Assembly: GCA_026770705.1 (NCBI GenBank)
Contig: JANJGN010000100.1
Coordinates: forward strand, 1 to 64,000
Direction: 5' to 3'
DNA from: Isurus oxyrinchus
Taxonomy: Eukaryota
Length of the DNA: 64,000 nucleotides
Shown: positions 49,831-64,000 of the stretch, one piece after another
Numbering within the stretch: position 1 is the stretch's first letter
Layout: the number at the start of each line of letters is the position of its first letter
Program-made: the position numbers and the translations under genes
The notes under the pieces: model-generated
What the model saw: the letters and a program-made list of their open reading frames with translations, nothing else
Database searches by the model: none
What the model was told of the DNA's origin: nothing

Positions 49831-50949
49831 TTTACTTTATCCATAAATTAAATTGGCTTATCTGTCCAGACTGGAAAATGCACAAATCGTCATCAGATAC
49901 AAAAGATGCACTCGGGAGACCATCTGATGGTTTACCTGACACTGATCCGTGCCAAGGGGCCCTTCAGCATGTTGGACCTTACTTTATTTTGAGTCATGAT
50001 CTGCAGCCTCAGAGACCGGACATGCCTCCCTTCACCTCTCATTTGGCAGGATGACGCTCTGTAACCCGTCCTGGGCGCTAACTGGTTGCAGTTACCATGC
50101 TATTATGTGTGCGCTGATGGCGATTCTGGAAGTTGAAACACAGCTGAACACAGCGTGCAGAACCTTCCATTGACGTGCAACAGTAATATGCAGTCAATTG
50201 TGTCAGTAAGTCTCTCTTTAAAAGTGGTCAAGTAACCATCCAATCAATGTAGTGCAGCAGTGTATACCTAAGTTCACAATTAACACCCGGTAGGCAATCT
50301 GCGGATTTGTCTATGTTATGCATGAATTCACATCACCTTGGATACAGGTTCTATCCAACACCCTTGTAAAACTCAGAGACCAAAGTACCCTTTTAGTAGC
50401 CTTCACCATCCGTAATCACACGCTTTGAAATCATTTCATCTCCATTCCTCATATTGTTACTCTCTGTTGGGAGTATTACGTTTTAGGATTCGCATTTTCT
50501 ATGTCCCATCCCTCAATTTCTCTTCCAAGCTTTCATTCCTACCTTCTGTTTGAAACGTTCCGAATTTCGTATCAATAACAAATTTCAATGCCTATGTGAA
50601 ATAGTTCCAATGACACATCCTCCTGCACCTCTTCCAATTATCCAGAATACCTCATTCAATTTTCACACTGCCTCTATACACCACTTCAACTTACATTCCC
50701 ATCCCAATTGTAGCTCTCCCATTTACCACAATGTCTCTCCATTCTTTCTACCAGTGCATCACTCCTTCCATCCAATTACTCTGCTACCTCGAGTCCTTTC
50801 TTCCTTTTTCTCTGCTTCCTCAAACTCCTTCTCTTTCACTTAGCATGTTATCATTGCAACTTTTTATCCTTTAACCAATTGATTTGAGCCCACTTTTACA
50901 GTTAAGATGCTGTATCCACACCGCCTCTTTCGTTTTCAGTCAACTGTTC

Positions 50950-53600
50950 ACCGTTGGCTCTTCAATTTAGTAAGCGGGACACACAGAGAGGAAACTACAC
51001 AGGAGTGTGAAGTAAGCCGCGCGAACAGTCGGGAAATTGGCTTAAGTGGGAATTAGATGCCGAGGAGCAAAGAGGCACCAGTTTTTGAACCATCTCTCAG
51101 CCTCCATTAACTGCAGAAGAAACAAACTGCAGACCAGAAATAAAGAGATATCTGGAGAGAGCAACAAGAGTTTGTAGATCTCAACGGGTGGGCCTGTGAG
51201 TTCAGAGCATTGTGGGGAACTCGAAGAGTGATCCAATAGCCAAGAAGATAAGTGATTGTCTGGTGAGTATTTTCTCTTTCTCTATTTTTTAAACGGGGAA
51301 GTTTAATGACAATGTCTCAGTATGAGATTAATTGAATGATAAAGGAATAAAACATAAGCAGAATCGGGCCGAGAAGCATTGATTGAAACATAACAAAGAA
51401 ATCAATTAATTGATTAATTAATTAAATCATAATATGGAGAGTAAGGGAGGTGTTGTGTTGCAACTGTAGTATGTAGGTGCTGGTGGATGTCTATAACATC
51501 CACACATGCAGTAAGTGTCTGAAGCTCAAGTAACTCATCTGAGAGTTAGTGAGCTCGACCCTGGGCTTTGGATGCTGCGATGCTGCAGGAACGGCGAAAG
51601 TTACCTGGGCACTTTGTTCCAGATGGCAGACACATGGCTTTGGCTAGGGTCTCCTGATTTGGTCCGTTGTCATACAGTGAAGGGAATGGCTGTGAGTAAG
51701 TCAGATATGGAGATTGAGAAGTTTGAAGTGGAGCAGCCTGAGCCCTTGCAATGGTCAAATCGGTATTAGGTACTTGGAGCTCATGTGAACCAAATCGTTG
51801 GTTGTAGCATTGATAATTGATCTGGCCATGGATTCGAGGTTCAGGAAGCCATTGAAATGTGGGTGTGGGGTATTAACCAGAAATCTAGAGCAAGTAGGAG
51901 ACAGTATAGCCAGGGGGTCAACACGGGTTTCTGCAGCTGAGAGCTTCAGTCCAGAAGGCTCTGTCATCTGCCCGGTGTTGCAAGTCAGGACATGAGTTCC
52001 GGGTTGGAGATGGAATATGAAGTTTCCATAGAACTTGTAGATACCAGGGCCATAGATCGGACCAAGTTAGATGGATTATGGATTATGGATTATAGGTAGC
52101 TAGGGTCTAAGTTTAAAAAGCAGGAACAGAAAGGCAATAATCCCTGCATTAATGCGATAGCCGCGCCGCAAATTATCACATGATAAATGTGAGTACGGAG
52201 TGGAATGCATCGATCAAAGGGTGATGTGTGAGAAATCGGTTGCACTTCATGGCTCACTGGTGCCAGTACTGTAGAAAGCGGGAATGTCGGATGGTTTTCA
52301 CCTGAGTCATACTGGGATCTGTGTTCTGACGTGTTCTATACCTAGGGCGGTGGAGAGGGCTTTAAGCTAAATATTCCGGGGGTCGGGAGAGGGGCTGGTT
52401 GCTGGGGACGGTTGTTGGGAGTGTCAGGGGTACAGCGATCACTTGAGAGGAAATGTGGTGAATTAAGGATAAAGAACAAGGAAATAGGGCAGGACAGTGA
52501 AATGTTTAATGGTAACCAGAGTGTGGCAGGAAGTGACAGAGTGTATAAACCAGTGTTTACGAGATTGGTAACAAAAAGCAGGATTTTAAGCTGTGTATCT
52601 GAATGTGCACAGCATTCAGAACAAAATTAATGAATTGATAATATCAGTAGACATAAATATGCATGGCCTGATTGACGCTTTACAGAGGTCGTTGCAAGTT
52701 GACCATAGATGTTAAATGACTAATCAAACGTCTTCCAAATTTCAGAATGGCGGGAAACTAGAAATAGGTGGCGGCATAGCTTGGATAACTGAGGTTAACA
52801 TTAGTACAGTAGTGAGCGATGACCTTTGTTCACAAGGTCAAGATGTACAATCAGATTGGGAGGAGATAAGAAACAGCAGATGTCAGAATTCTTTTGTGGG
52901 AGTAGTTTATAGGTTCCCTAAAAGTATTTACATCATAGTACGGAGTATACAGGAAAAATAAATATGGCTTGAAAGAAAGTCAATGGAAAGCCAGATATTT
53001 TAATCTTCATATAGGTTCCACCAATCAGATTAACAAGGCAGCCTAGAAGATGAGTTCATGGTGTTCAATATCTAAATTCAGTATGTTCTCGTGCCAGTCA
53101 GGTTGTCGGCTATTTCAGACATGGTAATGCACAATGAGTCACAATTAATTCATAACACCTGGGTAAAAGAGCTCCGAGTGACAGATATTTAAGGAAATAT
53201 TTCACAACTCTCAGGAAAGATGAATTCCAATGAGAAATAAATATTCAATGGGAAGCGTGCACCATTCGTGGATAACTTAAGAAGTTAAAGTTAGTATCAC
53301 ATTGAAACAAATTTACAGCAAAGATCAGAATGTTAGGTAGACTTTATAAACAAGCAAATAACTACTAAAAAGAAACAATAAGGAGATAGAAATTAGTGCG
53401 AGAGAGAAAGCTCAGGAGAAAATTATACATATGTGTGTGCATTAGATGTATGTATATATATAAAAAAAGAGTAACGAAATTAGCATTGGATGCTTGGAAG
53501 GTGATCCTGGGGAATTAATAATGGGAAGCAAGGAAATGGCGGAAGCGTTGAACAGATATTTTGAGTCTGTCATCATGGTAAAAGGAAAAACGTATCGCAT
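50950..53600 (+). mobile_element. Decayed CR1 5' half (5' UTR, ORF1 zinc-finger/esterase remnant, ORF2 endonuclease remnant)
   Basis: CCNCSM..TCSKCL at about 51450-51520, QVGDSIARG, then GGGIAWI..VGVVYRFP (AP endonuclease-like). Confidence 0.65.
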
Positions 53601-54813
53601 GATTATTAAGGGACGAGAACATATAACAATGAATAAAACAATATAAGTTTGACATAAGTAATGAGGGAAGAATGAAATTCACAGGAGGTTATAATTATTC
53701 CACCCATTAGAATATCTGGGAAATAAGGAAAACAAACAATATTCAATTGTCTGTTTAGCGTTTTTCAGCACTGCTCTTTTGCAGTGGCAACACGTGTGGT
53801 GTTTCTGCTAACAGGGGGCTGCCCCAAAACAAACCATACACCTTCTGTTGCAGAGCGCCAAGTCAAGGAACTGGAGGGGATGTTATGGAGGAAATCATAA
53901 ATGTAAGGACACATCGGTATGCTCGATGCTTTAGCTTGCTTCCCATCAGTGAAAAGAGCGGAGGTGTCAAATTCAAATTTGTAAGAGAGTATTGAACAGA
54001 GCCTTCCCTCTCATCTATCTCTGTTATGTCCTACCAGTTTTGCTGTAATCTTAATGGCTCTCCTGCCATTTCATGCAACCTTTATGAAGTACAACACATC
54101 CACACAAAATCACCAACTTCCCTTAAAAAGCAATTCAGAATCCTTCAAAAGACACTGAAGAGTTTCGGGGGGAAATGCCTTACCAGCAATTAAGCTACTT
54201 GGATCTTTAAGTAGCACCAGTGTATCGCCAAAATTGCATCTCTCTTGTCCATCAGTTGCAAAGTGATGTGCCCAAGGTTCTGCTGAAGTGAATGGTACAA
54301 ATCTGGAATCTTGAGGCACCTCAGCCTGTTGGTTTGTGTGACTTCAGGATAGTGTCCATCCAAAGCAACCCAGCACATTCAGGTGATGGGCCTGTCAGCT
54401 GCTTTTTATCAATGGAATGCTGCTCGTGGAACGCAAGTAAAACTATGCTAGACCCTACTAGTACTGCAGCAATGATTTCAACCAACCCTTCTCAAAGCTC
54501 TCCACAATCTCATTACTCGCTTTGTTCAGATTCTTTTATAGGCTAATTAATAGAGCTTGATTGCATTGATGAGTCAACAACTCCACAATCTTTGCATCGC
54601 GCGGGTAGGAAAATGGCGGAAAACAAATTGGATTTTTGTACACAGTGAATTGTAACACTTATATTTTCTTTTATGATGTTGCTTCTTGTTTATATCCCTT
54701 TCAGAAGAGGCAAATTAGTGAAGTTTATTTCATTTTCTTTGATAACACTGACAATGCTGTCCTGTTAGACTAATCAGCAGAGTAGAAGGTGAATTAAATG
54801 TTCTTTTGCCTTA

Positions 54814-56775
54814 AAACCATAAGACCATAAGACATAGGAGCAAAAATTCGGCCATTCGGCCCATCGAGTCTGCTCCGCCATTCAATCATGGCCGATAAGT
54901 TTCTCAACCCCATTCTCCTGCCTTCTCCCTGTAATCTTTGATCCCCTTACCAATCAACAACCTATCTATCTCGGTCTTAAATACAGTCAATACCTGGCTT
55001 CCACAGCCTTCTGTGGCAATGAATGCCATAGATTCACCAGTCGCTGGCTAAAGAAGTTTCTCCTCATCTCTGTTCTAAAAGGTCTTCCCTTTACTCTGAG
55101 GCTGAGCCCTCGGGTCCTAGGCTCTCCTATTAAGGGAAACATCTTCCCCACTTCCACTCTATCCAGGCCTTTTAGTATTCTGTAAGTTTCAATCAGATCC
55201 CCCTCATCCTTATCAACTCCATCGAGTATAGACGCAGAGTCCTGAATCGTTCCTCAAGTGTTAAGCCTTTCATTCCTGTGATCGTTCTCTTGAACCTCCT
55301 CTGGACCCTCTCCAGGACCAGAACATCCTTTCCTGAGATACGGGTCCAACATTGCTCACAATATACTAAATGTGGTCTGACCAGAGCCTTATGAAGCCTC
55401 AGCAGCACATTCCTGCTTTTATATTCTAGTCCTCTCGAAATAAATGCCAACATTGCATTTGCCTTTCCAACTACCGAACCAACCTGCAAGATAACCTTAA
55501 GAAAATCCTGGACTCGGACTCCCAAGTTCTTTTGCACTCCAGATTTCTGAATTCTCTCCCCATTTAGAAAATAGTCTATGCCTCTATTCTTCCTACCAAA
55601 GTGCATGACCCCACACTTCCCCACGTTGTATTCCATCTGCCACTTCTTTGGCCATTCTCCTAACCTGTTCAAATCGTTCTGCAGCCTCCCTTCCTCCTAA
55701 ATACTACTGTCCCTCCACCTATCTTTGTATCATCTGCAAACTTAGCCAGGATGCCCTCAGTTCCCTCATCTAGATCACTAATATATAAAGTGAAAAGTTG
55801 TGGTCCCAACACTGACCCCTGCGGAACTCTGCTAGTCACCAGCCATCCTGAGAAGGATCCCCTTATCCCCACTCTCTGTCTCCTGCCAGACAGCCAATCT
55901 TCTATCCATCCTACTACCTTGCCGCCAAAATCATAGGCTCTTATCTTACTGAACAGCTTCCTGTGCTGCAACTTGTCAAAGGCCTTCTGGAAGTCCAAGT
56001 AGATAACATCCATTGGCTCTCCTTTGTCTAACCTACTCGTTACCTCCTCAAAGAATTCTAACATATTTGTCAGGTATGCCTTCCCTTTGATGAAACCCTG
56101 CTGACTTTGCCCTATTTTACCATGCAATTCGAAGTATTCTGAAATATCATCCTTAATAATGAACTCTAAAATCTTTCCAACGACGGAGGTCAGGCTAATC
56201 GACCTGTAATTTCCCATATTTTGCCTCACTCCCTTCTTAAACAGGGGGGTTACATTATCGATTTTCCAGCCCTCTGGGACCATCCCTGACTACAGTGATT
56301 CCTGAAAGATCACCACCACAGCCTCCACTATCTCTTGAGCTATCTCCTTCAGAACTCTGGGGTGTAATCCATCTGGTCCAGGGGATTTATGCACCTTCAG
56401 ACCTTTCAGTTTTCCTGGCACCTTCACCTTGGTAATGGCCACCATACTCACCTCTGCCCCCTGACCCTCTTGAACTTTGGGAATGTTACTTGTGTCTTCC
56501 ACCGTGAAGACTGACGCAAAGTGCTTATTCAGTTCCTTCGCCAATTCTTTGTTCCCCACTACTACTTCTCCAGCGTCATTTTCCAGCAGCCCAATGTCAA
56601 CTTTCTCCTCTCTTTTACCCTTTTTTTATCTAAAAAAACTTTTGTAATTTTTTTTATATTATTGGCTGGTTTACCTTCATGTTTAATCTTCTCTCTCCTT
56701 ATTTCTTTTTTAGTTGTCCTCTGTTGGTCTTTGTAGCCTTCCCAATCCCCCGGTTTCCCACTGCTGTTTGCCTTT
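54814..56775 (-). mobile_element. CR1 LINE, ORF2 RT region to 3' tail (few lesions)
   Basis: [59 protein letters not shown]; (CCATAAGA)n tail at about 54816. Confidence 0.92.
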
Positions 56776-56777
56776 CT

Positions 56778-59700
56778 CATAAGGAAATAAGAAATATGAG
56801 CAGGCGTAGGCCATTTGGACCCTCAATCCTTACCCACCATTCAGTAAGTTCATGGCTGATCTGTTCAGGCTTCAACTCTTCTTTCGTGCCAGCTCCTTAT
56901 AGCCATCAACTCCTCGATATTTCAAAAATCTATCTACCTCCTCTTTAAATACTTTCAGTGATCTAGCCTCTATAACACTCTGGCTAAAGAATTACAGACA
57001 TTCACTTCCCTCTGAGAGAAGAAATTCCTTTGCATCTCTGTTTTTAATATGTGTCCACTTATTCTGCAATTATGTTCCCTAGTTATAGATTTTCCCACTG
57101 GTGGAAATATCTTTTCAACATCAATCCTGTCAAGCCCCCTCAGAATTGTACACGTTTCAATACGATCACCCCGCATTTTTCTAAACTGTGATTAATAAAG
57201 GCCTAACGTGTTCAGCCGTTCTAGATAATCAACCCACCCATACCAGGAACCGCCCTAGTGAATCTATTTTTAACTGCTTCCAATGCCGGTATATCCTTTC
57301 TTAAATACGGGGGCCAAAACTGTGCACAATACTCCAGGTGCGGCGTCACCAACACCCTGTATAGTTGTAACAAGACTTCCCTATATTTTGGACTCCAACC
57401 CCTGATAAATACAGCCAAAATTCTATGTGCCTTTTTAATTATTTGCTGCATCTGCATGCTAACTTCTTATGTTTCAATCTCAAGAATACCCACATCTCTC
57501 TGTGCTGCACTTTTTTGGAGTCTCTCTGTATTTAAACAATAGTCTGCCTTCCGACGCATGACCTCGCACTTTACTACATTAAACTCCATCTGTGACGTCT
57601 TTGTCCACTCAGTCAGCCTATCTAGAATCCCCCTGCAGATTCAGTCTGTCCTCATCACAACATGCCTTCACACTATTTTTGTATCATCAACAAATTTGGG
57701 TACATTCACTCTTGCCCCTCCTCCGAATCATTAATATAGAAAGTAAATACTTGGGGCTCTAGGACTGATCATTGTGGCACTCCACTAGTTACATATTTCC
57801 AACAGTAAAAATACCCAATAATCCCAACTCTCTGTCTTCTGTGTGTTAACCAATCCTCGATCCATGCTAACATATTACCTCCCAATATCATAGACTCCTA
57901 TCTTGTGAAATAACCCGTTATTTGGCACCTTATTGAATGCGTTCTAGAAATCCAAATACAGCACATCTACTGGTTCCCTTTTATCAATCCTGCTTTTTTT
58001 ATCCTCAAAGAACTCTCTCAAATTTGTCAAACATGATTTCACTTTCACAAAACAATGTTAACTCTGTTTAACTGCATTAAGCTTTTCTAAATGCTCTGCT
58101 ATATCTTCCTTAATAATAGACTCAAGCTTTTCTAAACGACAGATGTCAGGCTGACTGGCATATTGCATTTGGCTTTTTGTTTTCCTCTCCTCTTGAACAG
58201 GGGCATCACATTAGCAGTTTTCCAAACCGCTGGGACCCTCCCAGAATCCAGTGAGTTTTGGAATATTTCGACCGATGCCTCCAGTATTTCTGCAACTACT
58301 TCCTTTAAAACCTTTGGATGCAGGCCATCAGGTCCTGGCGACTTGTTTGCCTTTAGGCCCATTAGTTTGTCAAATGCGTTTTCCTTCCTGATAGAGACTT
58401 ACAGAATCATTCCTTCCATTAGCTCCTCGATTGTCTGATATATTTTGGATGTTTATCGTGCCCTCCACAATCAAGACCGAAGCAAAATATTGATTTAAAT
58501 TACATGCGATTTCCGTATTCCTCATTATCAACTCTTCAATCGTATCCTCCAAGAGTCCCACTCTCACTTAAGCGAAACTTTCTATTTACATACCCGTAGA
58601 ATTTCTTGCTGTTTGTTTTTATAATTCTTGCCAAATTAGTTTCATAATCAATTGTCTCTCTCTTCATTATTTTTTTAGCAATCTGTTGTTGGCTTCCAAA
58701 AAAACTCGAATCCCCTCACCTACCAGTAGTTTTCACCAATTTGGACGCCCTAGGTTTTGACTCGATGCTCTCTTTGACCACCTTTGTTAACCGTGGGTGG
58801 TTCATCCTTCTCAAGTCCTTTTTTTTGCCAGGGATAATTCTTTGTTAAACGTTATGAAATATGAGCTTTAATGTTTGCCACTGTTCATCCACTGACCTTC
58901 CCCTTAGCCTATTTTCCCAGCCCTCTTTAGACAACTCGTCTTCATACCTCTGTAATTCTCCTTATTTAGAAAGTCGAAGTCCCTTGAATATTGGGTTCCC
59001 AATCTTGGACAGGTTGCAACCACATCTCTGTAATAGCTATCAAGTCATATTCATTTATTTCTGTTTGTGCTTTCAACTCAGCTATCTTGTTATAAATGCT
59101 GCAGGAATCCAGCTAAAGAGCCTTTTGCTTTGACTTTTCACCATTATTGCCCATTCTGGTTCTGATTTCTGCTGCACTCTTCTGCTTATATTTGCTGCCC
59201 TTTCTTGTTACACTTTGATCATCATTCACCTCTTCACTGCTCTATACCTCTGCTGTTTCGTTTATTTTTGATTTTTAAACTTCCCTTCAATTGATCCATA
59301 CCCTACCCCCACCCCTCATAATGATTGGTTTAATATCCCATCAACAAACCTAGTTATAAGATTTTCCAGGGCAATGGTCCCAATATGGTTCAAACGAAGC
59401 CCATCCCAACAGTACAGGTCTCTTCTTCACCTGTACTGGTGCCAATACCCTAATCAATTGGAAACCATTTCTCCCTCGCCAATCTTTGAGCCACTCACTT
59501 ATCTCTCTAATCTTTTTTTGTCCAACGCTAATTTTCACGTGGCTCAGGTAGTGATCCGAATGTTATTTCTTCTGTGCTGCTGCTTTTTAATTTAGCCCCG
59601 ATCTGCTCGTAGCCCCTCAGCAGCTCTATCTTAGTGCGACCTATATCTTTGGTTCCTACGTAGACCACGACAACTGGATCCTTCGCCTTCCACTCCAAGT

Positions 59701-60680
59701 TCCCCTCAGTCCAAAGGAGATGTCCTTAACATTGGCACCAGGGGGGCAGCAGAGCAAGCTTTCAGGGCGTTCTGTCTTTACTGCAGAGAACAGTATCTAT
59801 TCCTATAGCTATGCTATTTCCTATTAATAGCTGTTTTCTCTTTCCTCACTGCACTTAAAAAGCGTTCTGTGCCACGATGTTGTGGGGTCTGTTCGCTCAT
59901 CCTCAATGCAGTTTGTGCCCACGTCCACAGTGGGAGCAAGAACCTTTTACGTCTTGGACAAGTGACTGGCTGAAGCTCCTCCAGAGCTAGATTGTGGATC
60001 CCTGAACCTGCCCCGTATGCAGCCACGCCCTCCAGTCTCTTACCACAGTCCAAATTTTAAGTAGTTAATCTAAGAGGTGTGACTGCCTCCTGAAGCACAG
60101 TATCGAGGTAAAACTCCCGCTCCCTGGTGTGTCACAGTGTCTGCAGCTCAGACCCCTGCTCATCAACTCTGTGCTGAAGTACCTCGAGCAGCCAACATTT
60201 ATTACAGATGCAGTCACCGGTCATCATACCAGCGACCACCAATCGCCCATACTATAGCTGCAACACATCGACTGCCCAGCCAACCCTATTCTATTCAATT
60301 AATTAATTTGGATGTTAACTATTTTAAAAGTAAATTTCTAAACTTTACTCTTCAGCTCTTGTAACATTTAAAATATTTGGCCAATCAAACCACACACTGA
60401 AGGAATTCCCACCAATCACATACCTCTTTTCCTTTGATGTCACACTTCGGCTCTGACAGGAAGGAATAGGTCCTCCTTTCACATTCCCCTCTAGGTGTTG
60501 CAGACTGCCTGTCGCAGGGTCTTCCTCTCACACTCTCCTTTAACTGCTGCTGACTGCTTGTCACAATAACCTCCTTTCGCACTCTCCTCAAGGTTCTGCT
60601 GACTGCCTGCCTCAGGGTCCACCTCTCACACTGACCTGTAGGTGCTACTGAATGTCTTCCTCTCGCACTCCCCTCTGAGA
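56778..60680 (-). mobile_element. Older near-full-length CR1 LINE (internally deleted) with ORF1 remnant and repetitive 5' UTR
   Basis: Second tail at 56778; LQLYRVLVTPHLEYCAQFW; NKSPGPDGLHPKVLKE; ORF1 esterase-like EWLKDWRGRNGFQL at about 59450-59510. Confidence 0.8.
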
Positions 60681-61199
60681 GACTTAACTAATCCCTTCCA
60701 CTAGTTACATTCCTATTAAATGTATGCACACAAGACAGTGACACAGCTGTGTGGGTGCGTGTCGGTGCTTAGTAAAAGGGGTACAGTGCATGGAACAATA
60801 AGCATTCCAATTTCAGAGTGTATTCTACCCTCGTGATCCAATCTCTACTCAGGCGGGATATTGAGATTCCTTCATTTGACAATTAGAATTCGTATACAAT
60901 GAGAGATGAGAGGACAGACTCTCTCACCCATATTACTCTAGTGATAGTGCGGCGCCCGTGGAGCTGTGAGAATGAACCAGGTTTGGGTCACAACTGGTAA
61001 AAGAACCAGAAACTGACCGAGAACACACTGCAAAGCTGAAATATGTGGTGATGGTTCCTTATACAATTTTAAAATTACACAAGGGGCAAACATTGTGAAG
61101 AGAGTGACTTTGTACCTGCGAAAAGAGGCCAGTTGTTACATAGAGCTGGAGAACAAACAAATCAGTTATTATGTGCCATTCGTGTAGGATTTACCTTTC

Positions 61200-62109
61200 T
61201 CATAATTTAAATAACTTAAAAATTAAACTGAGTAGATATTTCACCCTATTTATTAACTCCTCTCTGAATTTACTCTGGCTTCCGGCATATATAAAAGGAT
61301 TGATGCAGGAACTGAAAAGTTTCAAGATAAATCCACTTTCCTCCAGAATGAAATTTGATTCATTGAAATTGGAACCAGAGAAATAAGTAACTCTCGCAAT
61401 TCTGATGTAGAGGAAGGTTATAAAAGTTAACGAATATAATGTGATGAAGTTGCCTGAAATGGTGAAGAGTAAAACAATGGACGTTCTCCTCTTCTCCATT
61501 TCTGGGTCACACTGATTCTCTCCATTGCTCTGGGCTCGGAGTCTCCTGCGGGCCCGACTGACCGCAAGAATGTGCTTGACAGTCAGAGCATTGAGAAATA
61601 AAATCAGAATGGACTGGAGACAAGGGTTAAAAATGTGAAGAATCCAGTCATATGTCACCCAAGAAGGTGATGTATAAAATATGCCTTTTATGCTGCAGAA
61701 CCAGGGTACATTGTGAATTGTGTGCGAAGTTTCATAAATAAAATACAAGAAGGAAGTTATAAAACAGCTGATTGCACAGACTGTTCTGATAACCAGCGCT
61801 GCCGCCTTCTCGGTGCAATATTTTATTTTCAACTTTTCACAATAAATGGCCACAAATCTATCAAAGGTGAAAGCGAACGTTAACAGTGCTGAACAGCCTA
61901 AGGCTGCATAGTTGAAGATAGAACGGAGACTGCAGAGCGGTCTGATGGCCAGAAACTAAACGAGAAATAAATACCAGTGATCCGGTTTAATATCACAGAA
62001 TTGATAATGACCATGAGGTCTGACACGGCCATAGAAACTAAATAGTAATTGATGCACCTGGAGAGACCGCATCTTCCTCGAGACAGGATCATAGTCACTG
62101 CCAAGTTAG
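61200..62109 (-). pseudogene. GPR139/GPR142-like class A GPCR main exon with a single 1-nt frameshift (about 61952)
   Basis: Acceptor ctctcttacAG; ANLAVTMILSRGRCGLSRCINYYLVSMAVSDLMVII..SF / LAIRPLCSLRSIFNYAALGCSALLTFAFTFDRFVAIYC..SSCINPFIYAGSQSKFREEL..*. DRF and NPxxY motifs present; first exon not identified. Confidence 0.88.
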
Positions 62110-62469
62110 CTGTAAGAGAGAGTGAGAGAAATTGAGTGAGAGAGAGTGTCTTTATCAATTCTTGGGAACAGCAACGCTATTGGTTGAAACACAAAATGAT
62201 ATTCATTTCACTGGTTTCTGTGTCAAATATCCTGCTTTGCAGTTGATGCTGTTTAGAAATTGTCCTTTATGCGACAGGAACGTCTCCTGTGATTAAAATG
62301 ATAAATTATGTTTCGTTTTAAAGTAGGAAAGGGCAAATACCTAATAAATATAAAATAATGCATTGAAACATGGAGAACCAAAAACCAGTCACAAACACCT
62401 TGTATCAAACGTGGGAACGCCACACAGAGAAAGGAAATGGCATAAATAACGTTTTAAAGGTGATAGGAA

Positions 62470-63490
62470 TATGGAGAAATATAGAAACGAGGAGCAGGAG
62501 TAAGTCATTGCGGCAGTTGAGCCTGCTCCGCCATTCAATATGATCACAGCTGATCCCCTATCTCAATGCTGTACTCCTGCGCTGGCCCTATACCCCGTAG
62601 CATCTTTAGAGCCCAGAGATCTACCATTTACCTTCTTATATATATTCAAAAACCTGGGCTCCACAGCTCTCTGTGGCAGAGAATTCCATATGTTCACCAC
62701 CTTTTGATTGAAGAAGTTTCTGCTCTTCTCAGTTCTAAATTGTCTACCCCATACCCTGAGACTTTGACCCCTTGTTCTAGACTCCCCAATCAGAGGAACT
62801 ATCATACATGCATCCCGTCTATCCATCCCTGTCAGAACTTTATATGTTTCTATGAGATTTCCTCTCATTCCTCTAATTTCCAATGAGTACAGGCCTATTC
62901 GGACCAAGCTCTCCTTATACGACAATCCTGCCATCCCAGGAATCACTCTGGTGAACGTTCGTTGCACTCTCTCTATGGCAAGTATACCCTTTGCCAGGTA
63001 AGGAGACCAAAACTACAAACAATTATCCAGGTGTAGTATCACCAAGGCCCTGTACAGCTGCAGTAAGACATCCTTGCTCTTGTCCTCAAGCCCTCTCGCA
63101 ATGAAGGCCAACATACCATTTGCCTTCTTAATTGCTTGTTGCACTTGCATGTTTGCTTTCAGTGATTAGTGTACAAGGACACCCAGACCCCTTTGTACAT
63201 TAATATTTCCGAGTTATTACCATTTAAATAATTCCCTGTCGTTCTGTGTTTCCTACAAAAGTGGATAACTTCACAGTTATCGACGTTATACTGCATATGG
63301 CAATTATTTTCCCACTCAGCCAACCTGTCAAGGTCTCCTTGAAGCCTTTTAATAATCTCCTCATCGCTCACATTCCCACCGAGTTTCGTGTCGTCAGCAA
63401 ACTTGTAAATATTAATTTGGGTTCCACATCCAAATCATTGATATATATTCTGAATAGCTGGGGCACAAATACTGATCCCTGTGATACTCC
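62470..63490 (-). mobile_element. CR1 ORF2 3' fragment
   Basis: RGVSQGSVFVPQLFRIYINDLD; RTRGQSLRVWGRQFRTEKSRNFFNQKVVNIWNSLP. Confidence 0.88.
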
Positions 63491-64000
63491 GCGAGTGATA
63501 TTTAAATAATTGAAGAAAGAGACCGCAAAAGATAAACTAACAAGAAGTTCAGACCAAAACGTATTTTTACAACGTATTATGTCCAGCTGGGTTCGAGAGG
63601 CGGCCTCACTCTGTGAATTACTGTAAAATGGCTCACTATTGGAAAGCTCCACAGCCTAGCTGTATAAAAATGATCCTCAGATAGAAAGCCACGATAGGGC
63701 AATTCATAGTTTCAGACTATTAGAGATTTTGACGAGCCGCAATAATAACTCCCAGCGCCTCTTCTGGCAGTTGCCTGGGATCTCAGTGGTCGACACGGAC
63801 CCCCAGAGCTGGCAGATGATAAGGTCTCTTCCCGTTAAAGACCCCTTCAAGAATGTAACTCCACTTTCGTGCTGCACTGTACTGTCAGGATAAATTTCGT
63901 GATATTGCAATTAAAACTTTTGTAACAGATGCGAGAAGTGCCAGCAATTATGTCGGCACAAAATATAGAGAGGAAAGATTGAAGGAGTCGTCGCCACATT

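Overview
Eukaryotic, repeat-rich vertebrate DNA, most consistent with a cartilaginous fish (shark). This is inferred from the CR1/Penelope/SINE repertoire, the GPR139-like GPCR family and a germline-joined Ig gene; the species cannot be fixed from sequence alone. Host-gene content: (i) an Ig light-chain-like gene with octamer/TATA promoter, leader exon, a pre-joined V-J exon with no RSS, and a damaged lambda-like C1 exon (36747-41423); (ii) a TCR V-alpha/delta-like pseudogene with a 23-type RSS (4520-5893), absent from the ORF track and split by a Penelope hairpin insertion; (iii) two GPR139/142-like class A GPCR copies, one decayed (+, 9164-9900) and one a single base from open (-, 61200-62109). 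Mobile DNA: an internally deleted endogenous retrovirus (integrase, gamma-type env, intact 3' LTR), a young Penelope-like family (RT + GIY-YIG) whose 3' repeat carries a minimal hammerhead-ribozyme fold, many CR1-clade LINE fragments, SINEs and Harbinger Myb/SANT relics. Also present: a 37/39-bp minisatellite, a 39-bp AT-rich array, microsatellites and a 463-nt N gap. Boundaries of decayed repeats are approximate.
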